Positions 46,390 to 57,559 of a stretch of 64,000 bases of DNA are shown one piece after another. The number at the start of each line of letters is the position of its first letter. Position 1 is the first letter of the stretch. The stretch comes from Octopus sinensis (lineage: Eukaryota). The stretch is from contig NC_042998.1 in NCBI RefSeq assembly GCF_006345805.1, positions 175,336,001-175,400,000 of the forward strand, in the 5' to 3' direction. The notes beneath the pieces were generated by a model. It was not told the origin of the DNA and searched no databases. It saw only the letters and a program-made list of their open reading frames with translations. Made by a program: the position numbers and the translations under genes.

Positions 46390-48875
46390 TATATGTGTGT
46401 GTGTGTGTCTACTTTTCTATGATTGTATGAGTCAGATAGTTTATTGAAGCAAATTTTTTATCAGTGGAGACCCTTCTGGGCACCAACTCTCACTTGTTTC
46501 CTAGCAAGGTAATATTCTCCCATTGGCTAACGTGTTTATGCAGAATATTGGAACTGAATGACACTGCTTATGTGACTGACATTCATTTACAGCAACTAAA
46601 TGATGTCAAGACAAGGAGGTACATCCACACTCACTCACACACACATATGATAGGGTTCTTTCAGTTTTCGTCTACCAAATCCACTCAAGGCTTTGGTTGG
46701 CTCAGGCTTAATGAGAGTAAACCTGAAACCATGTGGTTGGGCATCAAATTTCTCAACCTTAATGTCTTATATTCATTGTGCGTCTTGTATTTCCATGCTG
46801 GCATGGATTGGATGAATACTAATTGATGGGGTTGTACTTTGTAGCCATATGCCCTTCCTTAAGGAAGGGATTTTTATTCTGTTGGGCTTGAAAAGTATAG
46901 AGCTACATGTGACATTGTTTGTAGGGAATATAAACATTTATACACACACAAACATATGTGGCATGTAAATAGCACCCACTACACTCTTAGGGTGGTTGGC
47001 ATTAGGAAAGACATCCAACTGTAGAAACCATGCCAAACCAGATTGGAACCTAGTGTGGCTCCCCAATTCATCAGTTTTTCAGTCAAACCCATGCCAGCAT
47101 GGAAAGCGGATGTTAAAGAATGATGACCGTTTGCTTAGATAAAGCTTGTCATCAAAATTAAATGCTTCAGTATTTATGATCATATAATTATACTGATTCA
47201 CACATAAAGGTATAATTTTAGATCATGTAGTTGTAATTTCACAGGGTAAAATGCTTCTTTGACAGAAGATATATCTTTAGGTGAAGCACTTACTTTTCCT
47301 AGCCTAATACTTCAGGTTTACATTAGAGATCGATATGTCTATAATTTTGAAATATTAGGATATCGATTGGTCAGCAAGAAATGTTTATATCAGTAGTTTA
47401 TGTAAATATATTGTATTGTCTCACTATTGATCTCTTTGTTCAGATGACTTTGCAACAATCCGTGTGACGAATCTCTCTGAGGATACTCGTGAAGCTGATT
47501 TACAAGAGCTATTCCGACCCTTTGGAACTATTCACAGAATATATTTGGCTAAAGATAAAAACACATGCCAATCGAAAGTGAGATTTTCTTTGTTTTTCTT
47601 CTCTTTTTAATTCTGCTAACTTTTATGTGCATGTCTGTTAAAATTGAAAATCAAGTTAAAACCTTAAAACATGTTAGAAGCTAATAGAATTGATTGATTT
47701 ATGATTTTTTGATTATAACAGTTAACTGTGCTACTACTAAAACTATTCATGGGAGGCATAAATATACAGCTGTGTAACACAGTAAACCCATATTGAGTAG
47801 TTGTATTGTGACGTACATATTTCAATGCGCATTTCATAGATATTGAAACTTGGTAGCTTTAATACTTTCCATACACATTTTATATCAGAAACTAAGTAAT
47901 GAAAAAAAAATCATGTTTTTTTTTTTAAACATCTAGTGGAAAATTTGATGCACAAAATATCACAAATACTTGTATAAGTATTGTAGAAATGGTAAAAGAC
48001 CAAACTAAATACTTTATTGTATTTATTTTTGTCATCTTACATTCTGAGTTAAAATAGTGCTGGATGGATTTGACTTTAACTTTCATTCCTGATGGTTTGA
48101 TTAAAACAAGTGTTGGAGATGAACTGAGATTCATTCAACAATACTACATCTATCGCAGAAATGTTAACGTACTAAATAAAATGCCATATTCATCTGATTT
48201 AGCTTTTCATACACTTTGGTTTGATAAAATAAATATCAGTTTGTTACGAATTTATCGCTTTGTAACAGTGTTTGAAATGATAAAAGTAAAAAATAAAAAA
48301 AAAATAAGTTACTGTATGATGAAAAAGTCAAAGAAAATTACCACTTGTAAAGCGACATGAATTATTTGAACTTGAGATATAGAATAATTATATTCAAGAA
48401 AAGCTTTTCAAAACATTTTTTGACAGGTATACTCAGGATTATAAAGTGTTACATTAAGCTTATATTTTCTTCTATTTCTTATTGCTTTTTTGGTCCCTGG
48501 AATAGAGAACTTTGTGTATATATATATAAAATATGTGGTGTTGATGTTTGTGGAAACATTACATCTGCACTTATCTAACAGTTGTCTCGTGGTTTTCTAA
48601 TAATTTCTCTTTTCTCTGATCAGGGTTTTGCTTTCATCAATTTTCATCGTCGTGAAGATGCTGCTCGGGCTATTCTTGGAGTATCTGGCTATGGTTATGA
48701 CCACTTGATTCTTAATGTTGAATGGGCAAAGTAAGTTCAACCATGACTTTTTCTAGTCTCTTTCTCTCTGGAAATTTCTTCTCTTTTCATTCATACTCTG
48801 TTTATGTTGTACAAAAAATATTTGTCTTTTTAAATTTGATGTTTTCTTCTTTGCAGGCCGTCTGTAACATCTTGA
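37392..48875 (+). CDS. EIF3G: Eukaryotic translation initiation factor 3 subunit G; join(37392-37396,37508-37545,40899-41020,42104-42164,44518-44622,45036-45318,47444-47577,48624-48730,48857-48875); 290 aa once one extra A in exon 4 is removed
   Basis: Manual splicing gives [15 protein letters not shown]...WKKFG...DPPGPN...[17 protein letters not shown]...[11 protein letters not shown]...[33 protein letters not shown]...[39 protein letters not shown]. These are the eIF3g N-terminal motif, CCHC zinc knuckle and C-terminal RRM. All introns are GT-AG and phases are compatible except for the 1-nt excess in exon 4. Confidence 0.97.
37508..37545 (+). CDS. EIF3G: EIF3G exon 2 ([12 protein letters not shown])
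   Basis: ttttaatcag|...|gtatgt; matches the eIF3g SWADQVEE motif. Confidence 0.92.
40899..41020 (+). CDS. EIF3G: EIF3G exon 3 (NEDEIPL...[17 protein letters not shown])
   Basis: Long poly-T tract then taacctag|, open frame, |gtatga donor. Confidence 0.9.
42104..42164 (+). CDS. EIF3G: EIF3G exon 4 ([20 protein letters not shown]), 61 nt with a +1 A in an A7 run
   Basis: ttttatag|GTT...CGAAAG|gtttgt. Both halves match eIF3g but in different frames; as written TAA occurs at 42143-42145. Confidence 0.9.
42740..43906 (-). mobile_element. Decayed mariner (DD34D type) in EIF3G intron 4
   Basis: Imperfect TIRs (CAGCTGAAAATTCATAAGTTGAC / GTCACCCTATGAACTTTTCAG); fragments [41 protein letters not shown]. 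Confidence 0.88.
44518..44622 (+). CDS. EIF3G: EIF3G exon 5 ([20 protein letters not shown]...NSKE)
   Basis: ctttcttcag|...|gtatgt; 35 codons; WKKFG/DPPGPN motif. Confidence 0.96.
45036..45318 (+). CDS. EIF3G: EIF3G exon 6 (zinc knuckle [13 protein letters not shown]; [11 protein letters not shown])
   Basis: attttcag|...|gtaaat; open frame. Confidence 0.97.
47444..47577 (+). CDS. EIF3G: EIF3G exon 7 (RRM N-half, RNP2 IRVTNL)
   Basis: ctttgttcag|...|gtgaga. Confidence 0.97.
48624..48730 (+). CDS. EIF3G: EIF3G exon 8 (RRM C-half, GFAFINF...NVEWA)
   Basis: ctctgatcag|...|gtaagt. Confidence 0.97.
48857..48875 (+). CDS. EIF3G: EIF3G terminal coding exon (K)PSVTS-stop
   Basis: ttctttgcag|G CCG TCT GTA ACA TCT TGA. 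Confidence 0.9.
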
Positions 48876-49002
48876 TAGCTGTGTGTTGTAGAAGTTGATG
48901 ACTCCCACACATTTTAGGTGTTCTCTTGATGATGCTGCCTAAACATTTTATTGCATTAAATAGTACCCACAACAGTCAGCTGCAGCTGACATGTGAAACA
49001 TT

Positions 49003-49018
49003 AATAAAACTTAATAAA
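49003..49018 (+). terminator. Tandem AATAAA polyadenylation signals for EIF3G
   Basis: AATAAA at 49003-49008 and 49013-49018, about 130 nt after the stop, followed by T-rich sequence. Confidence 0.7.
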
Positions 49019-49639
49019 ACAATGCCTTTTGTACTGTTCACTTTTTTTCGAGTTTATTGAGATTTGATACATATAGTCCAACTTGTAGGAAAGTACTCAT
49101 TGATGCTGAGTAAAATGTTAATTACTCTGTTGTAATGATGAAACAAATTTGTGCAGTTAGCTTCAATTTATTTCTAGTTAATCTAAGGTATGTTTAAACT
49201 TCAAATTATGCTATAAAGTAGATATATATTGGATAAGAAACAGGCACCATAGAATTGAAAGAGCCCTTCAATTTTGCCAAGGATATGACAGCCTCAATAC
49301 TAGTAAAATAGTCAAATGCACTAGTAGATGGTAGTATGGTTGATGTTAGGAAGAGCATCTAATCATGCTAAAGGCAATGTACTAGGGAGATGTAGTCTCT
49401 GGCTGGTCTAAAGGAACAGTCGTGTTAACAAAGGGACTTTGGATTGAGTCCTATGCATATGGGAAAGCTTACTTTTTCTGTCAAGGACTTCTGTGCCCCA
49501 TTATTAGACTATTTTCTTTAGTCATTTGCACAGTGATCGCTTTAAGCTTATAAAAAATACCATTATTATTTACAGAATTGTAAAACTTGACACTGCTTAA
49601 AACCATTCTGTCTGAAGTCAGTCGCCATGATAGATCGTT

Positions 49640-49815
49640 AGCCACTACACATTTTTTTTCTCTCCTTGTTTTTTCTGTGTCCCTTTTTGTAGAAGAGCAT
49701 AGGCTCAAAACGTAAAAGACTTTTTCTATTCCTGAGCATTATACTAATACATCTGTTTGTTTTGTAAACCACTTGTCTTCGTCTTTTGTTTTTTTTTTCG
49801 TAAACTCTCCCTATA
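49640..49815 (+). mobile_element. Penelope-like terminal-repeat relic with a degenerate minimal hammerhead
   Basis: CTTT-TTGTAGA-A-GAGC(ATAG)GCTC-AAAAC-GT-A-AAAG at 49683-49718; the distal part is reverse-complementary to 20126-20180. Confidence 0.5.
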
Positions 49816-50965
49816 TATATATATGTCCACCATTAGAGGACTAGCTTCAGTCATTGGGGCAACTTCATATTAAAGGGTTCTTGATAGTGTACAGAATAGT
49901 ATATTAATAAAGAAAAATTAACGAGAGTAATGGTTTCATTTCTAGTTTATTTGTATTTAGATATAAATAACAAAGATTGTCTGAGATGCTCCAACCATAA
50001 GCATCCCATCTTTTCTTTGTGTATGGAACCCATGATTAAATTGTTTGTTTTCAAGTGTGAATAGAGATTTGGCTGCTATTTCTAGCAGCTTTATAGTGAC
50101 ATTATAAGTTTGCTTAAATACACACATATTAATGTTTGCTTTTATGTATATACCTAAATATAGAATTGAAGGATCAGTCAGCACCTTTCAGTAGTGTCAT
50201 TTTTTATATTAACTTTCATCATCATTTTTACATTCACTTTCTATGTTAATATGGGTTGGACAGTTAGGATCCAATGGGCTAGAGGACAATGTTTTGCTGG
50301 ATGCCCTTTTTCATAGCAACCATTTTACTGAGTCTCAAATGATTCTTTTTCTTGTGGCACTAGCACTTGTGAGGGTGCCTTGTCACTCATGAGACTAAAG
50401 AACCTGAGAAGGCGAATAGAAGATTAATTGCTCACTTTAAGCAAGGTGTTGAGAGATTAAAGTATGATGGAAAGAGTTGTGACAGATATGTTATGGAGTG
50501 ATACAGAGTAACTGAGTGGCAGTGGTTGGAATGGTGTCACAAGGAGGTAAATGCAGTGGTGACAAGACACCAGAACACAACCTCAAGATGACAAAGGAAA
50601 AGCAATGGAATGTGGAGACGGGAATAAGCAAGTTCTGAAATATTGAAAATAATCAGTTTGAGTCTTGTGCATGTACAGATTCACACATACACAGTTGTGT
50701 GTGCACAAATGCTTGCAGAGATGCACCTTGGTAAGGTTATTCTAAATGTAGTGTCTATCCTGTTTAAATGCATTCCAAACATGACCATCCAGTCTATTTT
50801 AAATACATTCCACTAATCATTTCACATGTCAAATGTGACCATCTGTAGGGTCTAACATAAGGAGAAATGGGCTTGAAAAGAAAAATCTCATGTAAAATCT
50901 ATTTAAAAAGAAAAAGCAAATCTATCGGATTATGTAATCTGGGGGTGTACTACCAGAAAAATAAA

Positions 50966-52075
50966 ATGGACAGCAGCTGTAAAGTTCATAGGCTGACTAT
51001 AAAGGAGTAATGCTAGAGCTGTGAAATCTTGCATGCATTAATTTCAACTCTCATTAATAACTGCATTGTTCCTTTCCATTACTGACTGTTCAAAGAAGAC
51101 TTCAGAAGTAATTAGTGACTTATCAAGAAATTTGGCATTGTGGTATCAACTACCTACAGAGAAAGAGTTTAGCCCACAAGAACATTCATGCTGACATGGT
51201 TACTATATTAGGGGATGATGCTCCAGCTTTATCAACTGTGGAAGAGTGGGCAGCTGAATTTAGGTAGGGAAAAGAAAGTCCTGAAGATGATCCAAGGTCT
51301 GGACATCACATGGTGATGGATGACAGGTGATTGACTATAAACCAAATAGTCAATGATATTAGCATATCCCATGAGAGAGTTGAGAATATCCTGCAAAATG
51401 AACTTGGTATGACAAAGGTTTGTGCTTGTTGGGTGCCACATCTTATGACACCTGATCCAGAGCACGTTAGGCTGATCACATCACGGGAAAATCGGACACT
51501 GAGGCAGATCCAGTTGGTTTCCTTGAACATTTCCCAATTCAGGTTGAGTGTTGGCTTCATCATTTTGAGTGAGAGACAATCCATGCAGTGGAAACACCCC
51601 TTCTTACCTGCTCCAAAGAAGGCCAAGGTTGTTTCTTCCGTAGGAAAGATGATGGCCTCAGTTTTTTGGGGATCAAAGGGCATAGCGTTTACTGACTATA
51701 TTCAAAAGGGCCACACCATTAATGGAGAGTATTATGCCAACTTGCTGAGGCAGTTACAAAAGGCTCTCAAAATCAAACATCCAGGAAAACTGGTGAAAGG
51801 GGTCTTGTTTTGTTGGAACAATCCTCTAGCACACAAGTCCTTAGTGCATGACTGAGGCAAATATTTCTCCCTGTTCTCCAGATTTGGCCCTATTTGTTTA
51901 TTATCTGCTCCCCAACATGAAAAAGCACTGGGAACCAGTATCACAGTGATGATGACTTTTTTGATGAACAGGATGAAAGCTTCACCAAAGGGATCCAAAC
52001 ACTGATGGAAGTATATGGACTGCAAGGGGCCTATGCTAAAAAATAAACCTCATTTGTTCACATTCCATGAGAGTA
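50966..52075 (+). mobile_element. Decayed mariner, same family as 42740-43906
   Basis: Left TIR-like AAAGTTCATAGGCTGAC; ORF 51331-51855 with WVPHL and KMMASVFW..TINGEYYANLL. Confidence 0.88.
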
Positions 52076-53020
52076 ATTTTTCTTATTTTACCCTTTAAAA
52101 ACCACAAAGAATTCCACATTTTCTGTAAAACAATTTCTCCTCTCATGTTTAAGAAACCTTAACATCATTGCTTGGTCAATACAATCAGCGTGTCAAGTCA
52201 TATGTGAATTAGATAAAGATTAGAAAATAGAGATTTTCAACTCTTGAGCAGTGCATGCACACACACATATGTTAATACTTGCTTTCATGTCAAGTTATAT
52301 ATAAAAACAATTTAGAATTAAACTGAAGGATTTACTTAATACATTTTAGTGGCACACATATTCATTAACTTTTACAGGGAAAATGTTGACAGTGATTTGA
52401 AGTTTCAGCTTGCTTACCTTCATCAGACTGTGATTTACTTTGGTTCTTTTTTGGCTGGTGACTGGAGTAATGTGAATGATTAGGTTTTGGTAGATAGGGG
52501 AAGTTGTAAATGTAGAAAGGCAGGAAAGTGAAAAGGATAGGAAGAAAGTATGTATTTGTAGAGTGTGGGATGATAAAAAGGTACTCTTATGATGAAAAGA
52601 TTTATATATATATACATGCGTATAATACGCATGTATTACACTTTTTCTGAATTTTCAGATTTTTCTATATGCTAGGTTATTGGTTTTAAATTGATGTTCA
52701 TTAAATTAATATTCAATTTATCACCCTCATTATTTAAATTTATTTATATATATGCACACTCACACAGAATGAGTGGTATCGCTTAATTTAAAGACAAGGG
52801 CATACTGATGATGAAACATTATCTCTATTAAACCACTTACCATATATGAAGAGAAACAATATTTTACTCCTTTAAATGATAGTTTAAGCCCCAAAATACA
52901 AATTACTGACAGCATTAATAACGCCACACAAATGAGTATCACTTAATGTGAGAACATTTAAAACAATTTTTTTAATGAAAATGGAATGTGTGCTTTAAAG
53001 AAGAATAAAAACATATAACA

Positions 53021-54037
53021 CTAATATTTGGTCAAGTATCCAAAATTTCTCAAAACAGAATCACATCTACGAGGCATTGAATCAATAAGATTAATTATCA
53101 CATTATCTGGAATTTCTTGCCATTTTTTTACTATATAATCATACAATTCAGTCGATGTCCAAGACTGCTTTTGTTGAATGCTCATATTGACCCGTTTCCA
53201 TAAATTTTCAATTGGATTTAAATCTGGTGATTGTGCTGGTAACTGTAGCACCTGCATTTTCTTGCTTTTTGTGAATTCCTTGATTGTTCTTACAGCATGC
53301 TTAGGTATGTTGTCATACTGAAAAATCCACGACCGTTCTAAATGACTTTTGGCATATGGAAGCATAGCCTTATCTAAGATCTCCACATAGGCCGTACTGT
53401 TCATGATGCCCTTGATTTGATGAATGGGACCGACTCCTTTTCCTGACATGCAACCCCAAACCACGACACTGTCATCTGCGTATTTAGCTGTCGGATTCAT
53501 ACACTCTGATTCATCCCCTGTACGATGTCGGATGTACACTCGGCCGTCAGAGCTGGACAAATTAAATTTCGACTCACCTGACCATAAGATCTTTGACCAG
53601 TCCGAGGATGTCCAGTTCTTGTGTTCCTGGGCGAACTGAATGCGGGCACATCGGTTTTTCAGGGAAATATAAGTTTTTCTCTGAGCAACACGCCCCACAA
53701 GTCCAAACTGCTTTAGTCTGTTTTTTATGGTTGTGATACAAATCTGCTTCTGATATTTCTGTCGAACGTTTTTCAAAATGTCAACAGCAGTCATTTTCTT
53801 GTCCGTTGTCGATAAACGGTGAATGTACCGGTCCATCCGTTCCGTGGTTTTCCGAGGTTGCCCTGGCCGAGGACGATCAGAATAGCCACCAGTTTCATTG
53901 AAGATGTCCACAGCATGATGAGCAGCAGTCACAGAGCACCCAACATCAGCAGCTATGGCTCTAAAAGTCCACTTCAGCCTATGCAGTTGGACAATTCTCG
54001 ATCGCGTTTCTGATGATAAGCTTTTGCGTTTACCCAT
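53021..54037 (-). CDS. Tc1 (DD34E) transposase, uninterrupted 338-aa ORF; first catalytic Asp replaced by Gly
   Basis: Paired-like HTH and GRP-like linker; WSGES for WSDES; VWGC; QYDN..34 aa..SPDLNPIENLW; terminal SMPRRC..V...GYLTKY. Confidence 0.92.
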   Translation of the reverse strand: MGKRKSLSSETRSRIVQLHRLKWTFRAIAADVGCSVTAAHHAVDIFNETGGYSDRPRPGQPRKTTERMDRYIHRLSTTDKKMTAVDILKNVRQKYQKQICITTIKNRLKQFGLVGRVAQRKTYISLKNRCARIQFAQEHKNWTSSDWSKILWSGESKFNLSSSDGRVYIRHRTGDESECMNPTAKYADDSVVVWGCMSGKGVGPIHQIKGIMNSTAYVEILDKAMLPYAKSHLERSWIFQYDNIPKHAVRTIKEFTKSKKMQVLQLPAQSPDLNPIENLWKRVNMSIQQKQSWTSTELYDYIVKKWQEIPDNVIINLIDSMPRRCDSVLRNFGYLTKY

Positions 54038-54288
54038 CAAAACGGATCATTTGATGATATAATGAGTTTGTCATTAACCGTCTGCTTTCCTAAAATAGAA
54101 GTAAAAGATCATAAAATATTAAGTACATGAGAATGTATGACATGTATTTATGCATTTTGTCTTCTGTAATAAACATAAACAATGCCCACGTGCTTCTCTC
54201 CCTTACATAAAAAGTAAATGAACCAATCAACTTATTCTAAAAACTTCAATTATAAGAGTGGTTCACATTTGCGGTCTTTTATTATCCA

Positions 54289-54681
54289 CTAGCAGTATCG
54301 CCCGGCGTTGCTCGGGTTTGTTTCGACCCTTTAGAATTGGAATTTTTGAAAAGTAGAAATTTTGCATTATGTAGCTTGTTATTCTCTTTAAGTGAACATT
54401 TTTTCTGGTTGAAATACACCGAAAAATTGTGACACAGCAGTAAAAAAAATCGTAAAAAATAGGGATTTTCATAGAAAAAAAGCGCCTTTTTGGTGTAAAT
54501 AATTTTTTTGTGTTAACATGGTCCGATTTGAAATTTTTCTTCTACGGAAGGAAGAGCAAGCCTTCTTCTATCATACTCTCAATTTTGGTCAACTTGTGCC
54601 GCAGGGTCTCGGAGGAGATAGTGTTAGTTGAAGGTTACCAAACCTGTCATACACAGACAACTTCAGCTTTATATATATAGA
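54289..54681 (-). mobile_element. Non-autonomous Helitron (393 bp), same termini, different interior
   Basis: Same TC start, hairpin and CTAG end, A|T junction. Confidence 0.85.
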
Positions 54682-54921
54682 TAAGAGTACTGCTAGTTCA
54701 AATTTTCGGGCTTAAACTTACATTATTTGAAAGAGTACAATTTTACTTTCTATACATAAAAATTGTTTGAATAGTAAGTGGTTAGATATGCGGGAATGTG
54801 CTGTGTAAGCGTGGCCTTTATTTTCCATTTATTTTCGTAAATGACCACATGAAAGACTCTTATTAAAGTTTCATTAACAGTTTATTTTGTGCTTTTAAAC
54901 CAAGTGATACAATTATATATA

Positions 54922-55167
54922 TTTCTTTACTACCCACAAGGGGCTAAACACAGAGGGGACAAACAAGGACAGACAAACGGATTAAGTCGATCACGTCGAC
55001 CCCAGTACTTAATTTATCGACACCGATACTTAATTTAAGTGGTACTTAATTTATCGACACCGAAAGGATGAAAGGCAAAGTCGACCACGGCGGAATTTGA
55101 ACTCAGAACGTAACGGCAGACGAAATACGGCTACGCATTTCGCCCGGCGTGCTAACGTTTCTGCCAA
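54922..55167 (-). mobile_element. SINE family C. Other copies: 15153-15341 (-), 13049-13264 (-), 29542-29728 (-), ~1525-1675 (+)
   Basis: Shared core GTCGACTTTGCCTTTCATCCTTTCGGGGTCGATAAATTAAGTACC and B-box-like GAGTTCAAATTCC; this copy has an internal duplication of TACTTAATTTATCGACACCGA. Confidence 0.88.
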
Positions 55168-55381
55168 CACACACACACACACAACACACGAGTGCACAAA
55201 TATACATAAGTATATGTGCGTATATATGTAACGATGTGTGTATACCCTGGGTATAAAATTAACCTGTATTCGGTGGTAAGATTCCAGTTAGAGAGTTCTG
55301 GAGTTGTGAGGAGCGTGGCGTCACCCCTTAGTTACGGTCATTCCTTGAGTAATAGCCGCCAGAACCTCATCTATAAGTTAA

Positions 55382-55669
55382 GTAGATTTTCCGAAGGTAG
55401 ACGAAGCTTCCATTGTTTATGACAAAGCCGTCGGAGAGGCAGCTCTTCTAGGTGAAACATACATAAAACTTGCTGTCAAAATCGCACCTGCCCTCTTGCA
55501 ATGCTTGCTCCTAGAACCTTCTGTGATGATCGAGAGATTGGCAAAAGAATTGTTCAAGCTTTTTCGACTTGAATCCAGTGACATACAGATGGGATCTTTT
55601 CGGTCTGCCGTTCAAACCGAAAAGATCCTACAGATGTCTCACTATCTTTTCATTTCTTCATCCGTTTAG
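55382..55669 (+). mobile_element. Possible REL-endonuclease non-LTR relic (96 open codons, no ATG start)
   Basis: VDEASIVYDKAVGEAALLGETYIKL..EPSVMIERLAKELFKL; only a loose resemblance to R2/NeSL C-termini. Confidence 0.4.
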
Positions 55670-55842
55670 TATTTTATAAGGTTCTGTGACGATTGATGTG
55701 TGGTGAAAAATCACATTCACCCACATGTAAGGATGAAAGTATATCAGAACAATCAGGCTAAAGGAGAGTCAAGATGAGGCAATCATGTATGTATGTGTGC
55801 GTGCGTGTGTGTATGGCGTTCGTGCATGCATGCATGTATGTA

Positions 55843-56938
55843 CAGGGGTTGGACTAAGGAAACACCTAGCATCATAATTTTATAAAAACCATCAAAAGCT
55901 TGTTTATTTTGATGTTTTTTTTTTAATTTGTTATTAGTGTTTCTTAATATGTTTTGCTAAAATTGCTGTTTCTTTCCAGATATCATCAGAAAAAGGTAAT
56001 TAAAATTCATTAAAATAACAGATCTAATGGACTTTCAAAAATTGTATGTGATCGTGTGGCAGGCGCTAGCAGAACGAAAACAGTCTAAATGTTTGGTGTA
56101 TCAAGAAGTACAGTCTTGCTACAGAGCTTAATGACCACCTCAAGAACCCAGTTTTCACAAAAACTGTTCGCCGGAAGCTGCACAAAGTTGGAGGGCTGCA
56201 ATCAGAAAACCACTACTTTCAAAAACAAACGTTGCAAAGTGTTTAGAGTAGAATACAATCTTACAGAATTGGTCCCTAGAGCAGTGGAAAAATGTTATTT
56301 TCTCAGACGAGTCATCCTTTACCTTATTTCCGACCACCTGCCGAGTATACATGTAGAGACAGCGAAAAGAAGCATTTGACTCAGACTAACTTCTTCCAAC
56401 TGTTAAACATGGAGGAGGATCTGTGATTATCTGGGTGGGGCTATTTCTTGGAAATCCGCCGGCCCAATGGTTTTTCTTCATGGCAGAATTAATAGTCAAG
56501 ACTATTTAAGCATTTTATCTGATCAAATTCATTCTATCGTTGCAGAACTGTTTCTGGAGGGAAACACAATCTTCCAGGATGATAATGCACCAATTCACAT
56601 AGCTAAAGATGTTACTGATTGGCATGAGGAACATTCTAGTTAAGTTGAACATCTTATCTGGCCACCACAGTCCCCAGATCTCAATATTATTGAACATTTA
56701 TGGTGCTTTTTAGAAAAACAAGTAAGGAGTTGATATCTTTCACCATTATCACTACAAGAACTGGAGATTGTTTTAGCTGAAGAATGGACAAAATTCCTTT
56801 GGAAACAATTCAAACTTTGTATGGGTCCATACCTCATAGAATTCAAGCTGTAATTACTGCCAAAGGCGGTCCTACCCCATACTAAAATAAATTTGTTTGA
56901 AATTTTAAGGTGTTTCCATTATTTTGTCCGACCCCCTG
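55843..56938 (+). mobile_element. Degenerate Tc1-like element with DD36E spacing, TIRs and TA TSD
   Basis: TA|CAGGGGTTGGAC..GGAAACACCT ... AGGTGTTTCCATTATTTTGTCCGACCCCCTG|TA; FQDDNAPIH..WPPQSPDLNIIEHLW with internal stops. Confidence 0.85.
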
Positions 56939-57559
56939 TATGTATACACACGCGTATGTAATGTATGTATGTATGTATGTATGTGTGTGTGTGTGTGTGT
57001 TAACAGTTAATTTTATGTATTATTATAGATATGTCTTATTCCTACTTTCACTCATTATTCTATAACAAAACAAAAATAAAAGAACATTAAAAATATTATA
57101 AAATATATAAAAAAAATATTAAAAAACCCTAGCATATGGCCGAGGAATTGTGGAGAGAAGGTGGTGAGAAAAGGCTTGGGGTGGAGGTGAAGTGAGTGAG
57201 TGCAGCAAGAGAAGGGAGTGAAAGAGTGACTGGAGGATACCATAGAAGCAGGTGGAGAAGAAGAGTGTTATTGCAGGGAAAGTATCCAGGTAGCAAAGCT
57301 ATGGGGAAAGGACAAGGAGAAAATGTAGAGGGTTGCAGTGAATATATGCAGTGAGAGCAGTAAGAGAAAAAAACCCAAAAAAACTGGAGAGCATCCTAGA
57401 GATGGGAGTAAGTAGAAAATAAATTGAGTGTGAGTGGCTTGATAAGAAAATAATTGGAGGCAGAAGAGCACCATAGAGGTGGAGTGAAAGCTGAGGACAA
57501 AAACAGTAAAAGCATAACTTTCAGGCCATGATCCATCTCCTCACATACCTTTCTTCTTA

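Noticed and set aside
37546-48856. Intronic snoRNAs expected in a translation-factor gene
   Set aside because: No RTGATGA..CTGA pair with terminal stem and no convincing H/ACA fold was seen by eye. A snoscan or snoReport run would be needed to exclude them.
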